A stretch of DNA of 64,000 nt. Source: a virus. The stretch is from the IMG/VR virus record IMGVR_UViG_3300042691_008788, positions 64,001-128,000 of that record, one strand, 5' to 3'. A program made the translations under genes and the position numbers. Position 1 is the first letter of the stretch; every line of letters starts with the position of its first letter. Below the pieces are notes generated by a model. The model worked only from the letters and a program-made list of their open reading frames with translations. It did not search any database and had not been told where the DNA came from. Shown here in pieces: positions 38,588-46,714 of the stretch.

Positions 38588-39618
38588 TAGTCCCCCTTCG
38601 TGAGGTCAGTAACGCTCTTGTCCTTGCGCCACATCTGACACGACCAGTACTTTGGCGTATCTCGCGAAAGACCACCTTTGTCACAGCCATGTCGAGCGCG
38701 GAAGTTCTTCAAACGACCTGGTTGATCACGCTTGATCGAAAGACCAGGATCACCGAATCTAACGATCTTGTTGTCAACGCACACAGCGAACTTCTTACGC
38801 TCACCAGGTGTTCTCCAAGGCTTACCAGTGGCTCGTCCCTCGCACTCATTAGCCTCGTTCATGCCCTTGCCCGTTAGAGCCTTTAGGAATGAATCTGCTG
38901 AACCTTCATCATCAAATACAAACTCGGTTGTCTCGTCATTTGATTTGACTTTTGCTCCATACTTCTTGGCGTGTGAACGAATGCTGCTTGCACCAACTCC
39001 CGTCTTGAGATTTCCCTGTACGATGTACTTCTCCAAGATGACAGGCCCATCCCTTGAAATAACATCATTGAATGAAGACAGTGCTGAAAGTATTTCCTGC
39101 CTATCAATAAACGCATTAAGATTGTATCTGCCTTCTTTGATAGTCTTCCAATCACCACCAAGTTCCTTATACTTTGCAGACGCCCAGCCATTACTATAGG
39201 CCGATGGGTGTACCCGAAAACCCTTTCCGTTGTTCGGTCCATCAACGGTCTTACCGTTGTATTCTATACTTGCAACTTTACCAGACACAAGGCTTTGAAT
39301 CTTGCTCCAAAGTTCCTTATTTGTTGGCTCATTTTTCTCATTTATCTTGCCTTTGCCGAAGTTGGACACCATGATGGGTTCACCCTTTCTTTCAGGATTT
39401 GGATCGTGCTTTCTCTTAACGCGAACAGCGGCGGCTCTCTTTTTCTTGGAGAGCATCGCTCGCTTTTCGTTAGACATGCACTTTGGCTTGGGTTCACCAG
39501 TCTCCCTTGCACAGGGACCGATGGCCTCACCTTTGGCATTGATCCTCTTCCAACCACCCTCGGGGTGAGATGGGCTGAACCAATTTCTCAAATCCTCAAA
39601 TGTAAGAACCTTTCCCAT
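38587..39618 (-). CDS. modular basic protein built from small T4-like-phage domains
   Basis: EDLRNWF..GGW..PCAR..PKC module; PTNKELW..PSAYSNGW..YKELGGDW module; KKFAV..VRFGDP..NFRARHGCD..YWSCQMW module. Confidence 0.7.
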   Translation of the reverse strand: MGKVLTFEDLRNWFSPSHPEGGWKRINAKGEAIGPCARETGEPKPKCMSNEKRAMLSKKKRAAAVRVKRKHDPNPERKGEPIMVSNFGKGKINEKNEPTNKELWSKIQSLVSGKVASIEYNGKTVDGPNNGKGFRVHPSAYSNGWASAKYKELGGDWKTIKEGRYNLNAFIDRQEILSALSSFNDVISRDGPVILEKYIVQGNLKTGVGASSIRSHAKKYGAKVKSNDETTEFVFDDEGSADSFLKALTGKGMNEANECEGRATGKPWRTPGERKKFAVCVDNKIVRFGDPGLSIKRDQPGRLKNFRARHGCDKGGLSRDTPKYWSCQMWRKDKSVTDLTKGD

Positions 39619-39638
39619 GCATGTCTCCTAGTTCCCAA

Positions 39639-39646
39639 TATTTAGG
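39639..39646 (-). promoter_or_regulatory. late-type promoter (CCTAAATA)
   Basis: Heads the insert operon, upstream of the AGGAG RBS of the 39618 ORF. Confidence 0.6.
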
Positions 39647-39650
39647 AAAA

Positions 39651-40703
39651 CTACAGAGACAAACTTTCAGCATAAAGTTCACGCATGAGGGATTTCAGGG
39701 CAGTTCCGCTGTCGATTTTTAGTTCATCAATATAGCCATCTATCAGTTCCACGGTGTTCTTGGAAAGTTCCTTTTCAGAGACATATTCCTCTTCCGTGGC
39801 GGCTTCTTCCTCAAGTTTTTCAACAATCTGTAGGTCGTACACACCAGCATCAAACAACTTGTCGCAGAACATATCGAACTTGGCAGTGTTCTTCTTGGAG
39901 GTAACTACAACCTTTACAAAGCATTCCTTGTACTTTGAGAAGTTGAAGTTTCCATGTCCTACCTCATCAAGGTTGGTATCGTAGGAAATCTTGCGATACA
40001 ACTTTCGCGGATTCTCCACAAACTCAAGAGTCCCATCTTCCGTGTCTAGGATATGGAATCCCTTTGTCTCGGTTGCCTCTGAATAGAACATCTCATAGGC
40101 TGTTCCGAGATAGTGGATGTTTCCATTCTGCTGCTTGCAATGGAAGTGACCCGAATAGACCTGTTTGAAGCGGGATAGGGCGATTGGATTCAAGCCACCT
40201 TCGTGCTTAACTCCACGAACAACCTCATATCCCGTAAGTTCAAAGTGACCAAAAAGGACATCAGCATTGCTCTTTGCAAGATATTCCTGAACAACCTGTG
40301 CATTGTCCTTGGATATCCACGGAACAAATCCACAGATCATTCCGCCAATCATGACATCGCTTGGCTTCTCATAGACATGGAAGGCATCACCGAATATCTC
40401 GACAACAGAGTTGACCTCATTGGTGTTTTTCCAATAGCAATCATGGTTCCCGATGACACAATGAACATCTATGTCGTTCTTTCTGAACCACTCCGTGAAT
40501 CTTCTGCGGACATTGTAAAGAGTATTGAAGTTTATGTACTTTCTGCGATCAAGGACATCTCCCGTATGGATGACTGTCTTGATGTTGTGCTTCAGTAGAT
40601 ACGGAAACACCTGTTCTTCGAAATATGAAAGATATGCCTCAAGGAAAATCGGTGAGTCGTTTTTCACCCCGAAATGTGTATCGGTGATTATTGCAATCTT
40701 CAT
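39651..40703 (-). CDS. gp47: Mre11/SbcD-like nuclease
   Basis: ITDTHFG, HTGDVLDRR, GNHD, FGHFE, SGHFH. Confidence 0.95.
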   Translation of the reverse strand: MKIAIITDTHFGVKNDSPIFLEAYLSYFEEQVFPYLLKHNIKTVIHTGDVLDRRKYINFNTLYNVRRRFTEWFRKNDIDVHCVIGNHDCYWKNTNEVNSVVEIFGDAFHVYEKPSDVMIGGMICGFVPWISKDNAQVVQEYLAKSNADVLFGHFELTGYEVVRGVKHEGGLNPIALSRFKQVYSGHFHCKQQNGNIHYLGTAYEMFYSEATETKGFHILDTEDGTLEFVENPRKLYRKISYDTNLDEVGHGNFNFSKYKECFVKVVVTSKKNTAKFDMFCDKLFDAGVYDLQIVEKLEEEAATEEEYVSEKELSKNTVELIDGYIDELKIDSGTALKSLMRELYAESLSL

Positions 40704-41218
40704 TTCTTGCTCTTCTTGGGTTCCTTCTTCGTAACCTCAAAGTTCTTGAGATCAGTCTCAGACAATGCCAATGACTTGAAGAACTCTTCGACCTTGTTTT
40801 CGTCATAGCACATGTTCTTCAGCCAGTTCGGAATCTTCCCGTTGACTTGTGCTATCTCTATACTCTTATATTTGATATAGTTCTGCTTCTTTTCTTTCTG
40901 TATCCTACGAACGAAGGCATAGTAGATTATCTGTGTGAAATATGAGAATGGATTCTTTGACTTCTTTGGATTGAAGTTGGCAGCATACATCAGGCAGTTC
41001 TCAATGCCGTCCCCGACCATTTCCTCGCGATATGGATAGTTGATGAAGTTTGGTCTATATGAGAGTCTTTCAGCAATAGCCAGAAAGCATCTTCCGATAT
41101 AGTCAGTCACAGGAGGCTGAGGTTCCTTCTTCCTCTTTGCCTTATTGCACTCCCGCTTCCACTTTATCATCTCTTGATAGAAAACTTTATTATCAACATA
41201 GTGACCTTCTTCGTTCAT
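40700..41218 (-). CDS. gp55: late-transcription sigma factor
   Basis: HYVDNKVF, YIGRCFLAIAERLSYRPNFINY, DGIENC, NPFSYFTQIIYYAFVRRIQKEKKQ. Confidence 0.96.
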   Translation of the reverse strand: MNEEGHYVDNKVFYQEMIKWKRECNKAKRKKEPQPPVTDYIGRCFLAIAERLSYRPNFINYPYREEMVGDGIENCLMYAANFNPKKSKNPFSYFTQIIYYAFVRRIQKEKKQNYIKYKSIEIAQVNGKIPNWLKNMCYDENKVEEFFKSLALSETDLKNFEVTKKEPKKSKK

Positions 41219-41243
41219 GTAGTATCCCTTTCATAGTGTAGTA

Positions 41244-41271
41244 ATCATACACCAGTTATCGTCAAAGACAA
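41244..41271 (-). promoter_or_regulatory. sigma70-like promoter for gp55
   Basis: TTGTCT-16 bp-TATGAT. Confidence 0.55.
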
Positions 41272-41302
41272 GTGCCTTGATTTAGATTTATTTGAAAGGG
41301 TC

Positions 41303-41331
41303 TTGACAGATGAAAACGAGAATGGTAACTT
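41303..41331 (+). promoter_or_regulatory. plus-strand sigma70-like promoter, antisense to the local genes
   Basis: TTGACA-17 bp-TAACTT with an AT-rich upstream element. Confidence 0.45.
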
Positions 41332-41372
41332 GACTGTGTCGTGTTTAATCAAGAAATGTACTTACAGATTAC

Positions 41373-42119
41373 TTACAGGTAATCATTGGGATCTGGACTC
41401 CAGTCCTTGAGACTGTTGCCCCACTTCTCGTCTCCAGTATCCTTGATGGTTTCATGGTCATCCTTGGGCTTCTTGGGTAGGCTCGGATCGACATCATCTT
41501 CCAAATCATCGTCATCATCGATGTCATGCATACCAGCAGTCATCATATCTTCGATCAGACCTTCTTCCATTAGGTTCTTGAAGATCTTTGCAGGGATCAT
41601 AAAGTTCACAACAACCATTTCCTTCTCTGGATCTTTTGGGTCAAGTTTTGACTGCATCATTGAATCGAAATCGGCCATGCTGTTTATCATTGGAGAAATA
41701 CCAGCATCAGCGGCCATTTCCTTTAACAAACGACTCATCTCTCCTTCCATTTCTGCTAGTTCTTTCTTCTTTGCTTCATCGACTTCTTCTCTGATGGTCT
41801 TTGCTTCTTCCTTGATGGGAGGTAGGGATGGATTGTCCTCGCGGTTTTTATACTTTTCATAAGCATCTACTATTTCTTGGGCAGGAGTCATCTTTATTCC
41901 AACCCAACTATTAGGAATGGTGACTTCGTTTTCATTTGTCCTACCAATCCAATTTTCCATGACAGACGCTGCCTTCAATGCACCACTTGATGGATCCATG
42001 AATGGAACCTGTCGAATAAGCATCGGTCTAGACACCTTGATGCCATTTCGATTCTTGGAGAGGATGCTGGCTACTATCTCCTCACCCGATCTCAACTTAA
42101 TCAAGATGTATTGATTCAT
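41373..42119 (-). CDS. conserved T4-like hypothetical protein between uvsW and gp55
   Basis: ILIKLRSGEEIVA N-terminus (Sm-like), acidic C-terminus; ATGA-coupled to uvsW. Confidence 0.7.
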   Translation of the reverse strand: MNQYILIKLRSGEEIVASILSKNRNGIKVSRPMLIRQVPFMDPSSGALKAASVMENWIGRTNENEVTIPNSWVGIKMTPAQEIVDAYEKYKNREDNPSLPPIKEEAKTIREEVDEAKKKELAEMEGEMSRLLKEMAADAGISPMINSMADFDSMMQSKLDPKDPEKEMVVVNFMIPAKIFKNLMEEGLIEDMMTAGMHDIDDDDDLEDDVDPSLPKKPKDDHETIKDTGDEKWGNSLKDWSPDPNDYL

Positions 42120-43603
42120 GGTAGATTCTCCATCTTTAGTAACACTGGTCTGAAGTCGAAGTTTTCTGATCGATAGATCTTTATTCGTTCCGCAAAGTGA
42201 CGAAGCGTGTGATTCTTTTTGCTCTTCCATGATAAATCATCCCCAATATCGTATAGTTTCGCGTATTCCTTGTGTTCAGATACTCGCAGTTGTCTTCCTA
42301 TCGATTGCAGCACCCGAATCCTTGACTTGCTAGGTGATGCAAATATGATGTTGTGTAGCCTCTTGATTGAGATGCCTGTTGAGAATGTTCCGTATGATGC
42401 AACAACTATGCAGGAATCGTTCTCTTCAAGTATCTTTCTTACTTTCTCTCTGTCCTCCGCTTCCGTTCCGCCATGCACGAAGAAGGTCTTTCTTCCCGTC
42501 TTTTCTGCAAGATGATTGAGATACTTTCCATGCTTCTCAACAAACTGAAACAGAATCAAAGTATTTCCCTTTAGTTTGTCTGCAAGATCTACTATGAATC
42601 TGTTTCTCTTGTCGTTGTGGATAAGCCACAACATCTCGTCACTATAGTTATACTTGCTGACAGCGCGTCTTTCGTCTTCTCCGTATTGAAGTAGTATTGT
42701 GTCGATTTTCAGATGCGAAAGTATGTTCTTGTCGATGAGTTTCTTCGTGGTTGTGACATGATAGGAAGGTCCGAACAGACCTTCGATGATCAACTTGTGG
42801 CATTGCATTCCATCAAGTGTTCCCGTGGTGCCAATCCTATAGTTGCAATCAGTCAATTTTTCCATGATGCCAGTGAGAGACTTTGCCTTGAACATATGGC
42901 ATTCATCACCGAAAACAACCTTGAACTGGTCGAAGTAAGCGCGTGGTTGCTTGAACACTGATTGCCATGTGGTGATGACAACTCGTTTGTTTGTTTCTTT
43001 GTCTTGTCCCGCATAAATCGGGTGGCAGTTCTTTGAAACTTTCCAATCCGTTCCCTTGGCATAGGCTTCGAAATCACTTGCCATCTGTGTAACAAGACCT
43101 ATGGTTGGAACAACTATGAGAATCTTGCCATCGACATTTTCAAGTAAATGCCTGAGCAGAAGGTAGATGATCATGGATTTGCCACTGCCTGTCGGAGAGA
43201 CGAGCAGAAGCCTTGATGCCTCGGTAGCCTTGATGATGGCTTCCCGCTGATGGTCGTGTAATGAAGGTATTCCAGATGCCTTGCCTACGCATCTGTTGAA
43301 GAGATCATCCAAGCCCTCGTTGTCTAGAGGAATGGATTGATTCTGTGAAAGACTGCTCTCCACATGATAACCACGATCACAGGCGAACTTTGTGACATAG
43401 TTCTTCAGACCTCTGTAGATCGTTGCCTTGCCTATGTTGTAGAGTTTGATGTCGCCACTCCACCGCGACTTGCGGAAACGCGACATGTACTTGTGGTTTG
43501 GAACCTTGAAGGAGAAGCAATCGCTCAACTCCTTTGCGGTGCCGCGTTCACAACGCACACGGATGAATACTGAATCAACATCTTCCAGAACCAATGTATC
43601 CAT
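42116..43603 (-). CDS. uvsW: SF2 helicase UvsW
   Basis: SPTGSGKS, GDECH, GTTGT, ASYGTFSTGISI, LQSIGR. Confidence 0.95.
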   Translation of the reverse strand: MDTLVLEDVDSVFIRVRCERGTAKELSDCFSFKVPNHKYMSRFRKSRWSGDIKLYNIGKATIYRGLKNYVTKFACDRGYHVESSLSQNQSIPLDNEGLDDLFNRCVGKASGIPSLHDHQREAIIKATEASRLLLVSPTGSGKSMIIYLLLRHLLENVDGKILIVVPTIGLVTQMASDFEAYAKGTDWKVSKNCHPIYAGQDKETNKRVVITTWQSVFKQPRAYFDQFKVVFGDECHMFKAKSLTGIMEKLTDCNYRIGTTGTLDGMQCHKLIIEGLFGPSYHVTTTKKLIDKNILSHLKIDTILLQYGEDERRAVSKYNYSDEMLWLIHNDKRNRFIVDLADKLKGNTLILFQFVEKHGKYLNHLAEKTGRKTFFVHGGTEAEDREKVRKILEENDSCIVVASYGTFSTGISIKRLHNIIFASPSKSRIRVLQSIGRQLRVSEHKEYAKLYDIGDDLSWKSKKNHTLRHFAERIKIYRSENFDFRPVLLKMENLP

Positions 43604-43608
43604 GCAGA

Positions 43609-43616
43609 TATTTATG
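43609..43616 (-). promoter_or_regulatory. late promoter (CATAAATA) 5 nt before the uvsW ATG
   Basis: Consensus match; no room for an SD sequence. Confidence 0.6.
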
Positions 43617-44112
43617 GTTCTATATCTCTCCCATCAAAATGAATCTTAAACTCTCCTTCGTTTAGGACTTTTCCCTCATAGAGCAGGACTTCTACCCCCG
43701 CAGACTCAAGGATTGACACTCCGATATCGCACTTTGTTTTCCACCTGTCGGGGATGATGTCCCATAGAGTCTTGTGTCCAACCACCCTCTTTATGCCAGA
43801 TAGAACGATTGCCCTCGCACAATCGGGACAACTGATGAATGGGCAATACATGTGCGTATTGAGGGTTGTAAGACCCTTGGAAACACACCTGTATATCACA
43901 GATCTCTCAGCGTGTTCGATGTAATCGTATTTCGGTTGTTCGTTTGGTTGTCGTATGGATGGGTAGCGGTTTACATCTGCTGCTATGATTCCCGATGAAG
44001 GAAATACAATCAAGGCACCAACCTGTGTGTTTGTGTCTTCGCTACGAGCCTGAGCATGAATGTAGGCTTGTCTGAGATAGACTCTGTGAATGCCTTCGGT
44101 TACTATCTTCAT
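43612..44112 (-). CDS. cd: dCMP deaminase
   Basis: RSED..TQVGA, EHAER, SCPDCARAI; ATGA-coupled to uvsY. Confidence 0.88.
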   Translation of the reverse strand: MKIVTEGIHRVYLRQAYIHAQARSEDTNTQVGALIVFPSSGIIAADVNRYPSIRQPNEQPKYDYIEHAERSVIYRCVSKGLTTLNTHMYCPFISCPDCARAIVLSGIKRVVGHKTLWDIIPDRWKTKCDIGVSILESAGVEVLLYEGKVLNEGEFKIHFDGRDIEP

Positions 44113-44543
44113 GATCCACTCATGAACTTCTTCCATTCTATTGCAGACTTGATGTCCCAACCACGGCGACCAATGGATTGTAATACGGATTCGATGTACT
44201 TCACCTTTTCCTTGAGGTAGTATACACGGGCTTCCAACCTTAGTAGATCCTTGTCAGATTCAAGGTAAACATCGATGTCTGTTCTGAGGATCTTCAGGCC
44301 AAAAGGTTGCCATCCCTTTTCATCAAGCGTCTCTTGATCCAACTTGCCAAGGTAATATTCCCACTTGAGTCTACGAAGTTCCTTCTGCTCAATCGTGGCC
44401 TTGTGTAGAACAAGAGACTCATCGTGCAGTATGTTCAGATACTTGCTGTGTAGTTGTGGTGTCTTGAGAGATTCAAGGTCGAGATTGAGGTCATCAATCT
44501 CCATGTCCTCTGCGACCATCTTCTTGATTGTTTCTATATCCAT
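44109..44543 (-). CDS. uvsY: recombination mediator UvsY
   Basis: ESLKTPQLHSKYL, KWEYYLGK, YLESD, RGWDIKSAIEWKKF. Confidence 0.92.
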   Translation of the reverse strand: MDIETIKKMVAEDMEIDDLNLDLESLKTPQLHSKYLNILHDESLVLHKATIEQKELRRLKWEYYLGKLDQETLDEKGWQPFGLKILRTDIDVYLESDKDLLRLEARVYYLKEKVKYIESVLQSIGRRGWDIKSAIEWKKFMSGS

Positions 44544-44549
44544 GGTTAA

Positions 44550-44577
44550 AGAATATCACAAAATCAAATCAAGTCAA
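44550..44577 (-). promoter_or_regulatory. sigma70-like promoter for uvsY, probably leaderless
   Basis: TTGACT-16 bp-(TGA)TATTCT with extended -10, 6 nt before the ATG. Confidence 0.7.
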
Positions 44578-45140
44578 GTCACATCTTCAAGTTCAAATGA
44601 ATGGAATGTGAATGTTGCGCTGACTTGTACTGGCTCTGGTTCGTTTAGGGCAACATTTAGATCAAATCCATCTATACTGACAGGAAATACTTGCTTGAAA
44701 ACAAATCTCTTATTAGGATTCTTTGCACTATTCAGCATGTGTACTGTGGCATCTGAATAATAGTTGTTCTCATTTGCAAGAATAGATTCAAAATCTTCGA
44801 AAGGGACAATGCCTTTCATCCATCGATATACCTCATACCAGTTCGCAAAATCTTCATCAACTTCAAATGTGACTCGCAACTGATCAAACTGAACAGATGA
44901 CCCAGGCACATGATGTGTTAGCAGTCTATTCGGTATGCTTATCTCACCAACCGAAATTGATGGTATATTTACCGATGTACACCAGAAGGTGACATTTGGG
45001 AGTCTTGTGAAAGACAACTTAAAGTTTGTATTCTGATATGCATTTACATTTGTCGGCTGACGAAGAAGTGCATTGTAACTAGTGCCTTCTTCGTTTATGG
45101 CAGCGGCATTTATCAATGATGAATCGTATTCGTCGCTCAT
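44574..45140 (-). CDS. gp3: tail tube terminator / tail completion protein
   Basis: FKL...RLPNVTFWC..VNIPSIS, FEVDEDFANWYEVYRWM, SDAT, FPVSI; position after gp23. Confidence 0.85.
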   Translation of the reverse strand: MSDEYDSSLINAAAINEEGTSYNALLRQPTNVNAYQNTNFKLSFTRLPNVTFWCTSVNIPSISVGEISIPNRLLTHHVPGSSVQFDQLRVTFEVDEDFANWYEVYRWMKGIVPFEDFESILANENNYYSDATVHMLNSAKNPNKRFVFKQVFPVSIDGFDLNVALNEPEPVQVSATFTFHSFELEDVT

Positions 45141-45145
45141 GCCTA

Positions 45146-45153
45146 TATGTATC
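45146..45153 (-). promoter_or_regulatory. late-type promoter (GATACATA)
   Basis: Directly after the gp23 terminator, 5 nt before the gp3 ATG. Confidence 0.55.
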
Positions 45154-45156
45154 CTT

Positions 45157-45188
45157 AAAAAAGAAATCGGGGGGATTTCTCCCCCCGA
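45157..45188 (-). terminator. rho-independent terminator after gp23
   Basis: TCGGGGGGA-GAAA-TCCCCCCGA hairpin followed by TTTCTTTTTT. Confidence 0.9.
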
Positions 45189-45215
45189 CCTCTACTGATT
45201 ATTTTCAGTCAACTA

Positions 45216-46688
45216 TCAGGACTGTGAAACTACACCCTGAACGCCATGGAGGTTGTCCACGCGGAAGATGCGGTAGTACTGATTTGCGCGATAGTTGCTA
45301 GAAACTGCAACATTGGTTGTGTTGACGAATGGATTGACTGCCATGCCGTAACGGGTCTTGAAACCAATCTTTGGCTGGAAGGTCGCATCGTTGATTGCAC
45401 GAACCATCTGTAGTGGGATGTATGGGCAGTAGAAGAGTCCTGCATCATATGGCGAGGTTCCCTTGTATCCGACGCAGACGAAGTCGCGAGCGTTTGCGCT
45501 GATACCAACTGAGGAGTAAGGATCAACATAGACCTTGATCTTACCATTGAGAACACCGACGAAGGTGTTGCCCGTGTCATCAACATCAAGGTTAACATTG
45601 AGTGCTGGGCTGATGTTAAGGAATCCACCCATTGCGAGGGCTGATGCAACATCCGCAGAGCAGATGATGAAGTTGCCCTTACCACGGCGGGTATCCTTAG
45701 CGATCACATTGGCTTCGCGCTCAATTTGGAACATGAGGCCGCGGAACTTCTCAGCAGACCAACGACCGTCTGAGTCGCGGATTAGGTCATAGACACCACC
45801 TGGAGCAGCAAGACCAGTGCTTTGAGATGGATTTGATGCGCCTGGAACGAACGAGTAAGTGCTTCCAGAGGTCTTGTAGAAAAGATCGCTGTGCTGTGCG
45901 CCGAGTTTGGCTGTGGTGTAGATCGAACGAACGACTTCGCGGTTGATTTCAGCAAGGATTTCGGTGCTGAGAATGTTGGCGAGTTCTGTCTCAGCGTCGA
46001 GGCCATGGATAGCCTTGAGGTCTTGAGCGAGTTCGATTGTATACTCTGCCTTGAGTGCGCGAGTCTTTGCAGTGACTGATGCACGATCAATCGTGAATGC
46101 CATGGTGTTGAAGTCGCCATTTGCTCCACCTTCACCAAGACCTTCACCGAGTTCGCGGGACATTCCGCTAGATGGTTCCCAACCAGAGGCACCCGAAATG
46201 GCAGAACCAGTGGTTCCGAGAATACCATAAAGTGGATCACCAACAAATGTTGATTCGGCAGTGCCGCCACCAGCAGACGAAGCAGATCCCGAAACACCCG
46301 AGAACTTAGTGAATGCTTCATTGAAGAGGGCTTCTGATCCACTGCGGTTGACATAAGTGGACTTCATTGCGAAGATGAGTCCAGTTGGCGAGGTCATTGG
46401 CTGAACTGATGCAACATCGTATGCCATGAGGTTTGGCATTGCGCGGCGAACGAGCGAGATGAGGATTGGATCATATCCTGCAAGACCAGATCCAGTTGCA
46501 TAATCAAGACCCGCTGCTCCGATTGCACTTGCTGGTGCTGCTGCTTCGCGAAGTGCTTGCTCTTGGTTCTCCAAGAGGATTGCCGTGACTGCACGGCGGT
46601 AGTTGTCCTTGATTGGCGAGAGGCTGTTATGTTCCATAACTGGCTCCCACTTGCGCTCAAGTTGTTCGACTAGTGTGAAAGTACCCAT
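45216..46688 (-). CDS. gp23: major capsid protein
   Basis: DPILISLVRRAMPNL, VQPMTSPTGLIFAM, RALKAEYTIELAQDLKAIHGLDAETEL, FYCPYIPL, QPKIGFKTRYG. Confidence 0.98.
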   Translation of the reverse strand: MGTFTLVEQLERKWEPVMEHNSLSPIKDNYRRAVTAILLENQEQALREAAAPASAIGAAGLDYATGSGLAGYDPILISLVRRAMPNLMAYDVASVQPMTSPTGLIFAMKSTYVNRSGSEALFNEAFTKFSGVSGSASSAGGGTAESTFVGDPLYGILGTTGSAISGASGWEPSSGMSRELGEGLGEGGANGDFNTMAFTIDRASVTAKTRALKAEYTIELAQDLKAIHGLDAETELANILSTEILAEINREVVRSIYTTAKLGAQHSDLFYKTSGSTYSFVPGASNPSQSTGLAAPGGVYDLIRDSDGRWSAEKFRGLMFQIEREANVIAKDTRRGKGNFIICSADVASALAMGGFLNISPALNVNLDVDDTGNTFVGVLNGKIKVYVDPYSSVGISANARDFVCVGYKGTSPYDAGLFYCPYIPLQMVRAINDATFQPKIGFKTRYGMAVNPFVNTTNVAVSSNYRANQYYRIFRVDNLHGVQGVVSQS

Positions 46689-46714
46689 TTCTATTCTCCT
46701 TGATTTGACAGGGA

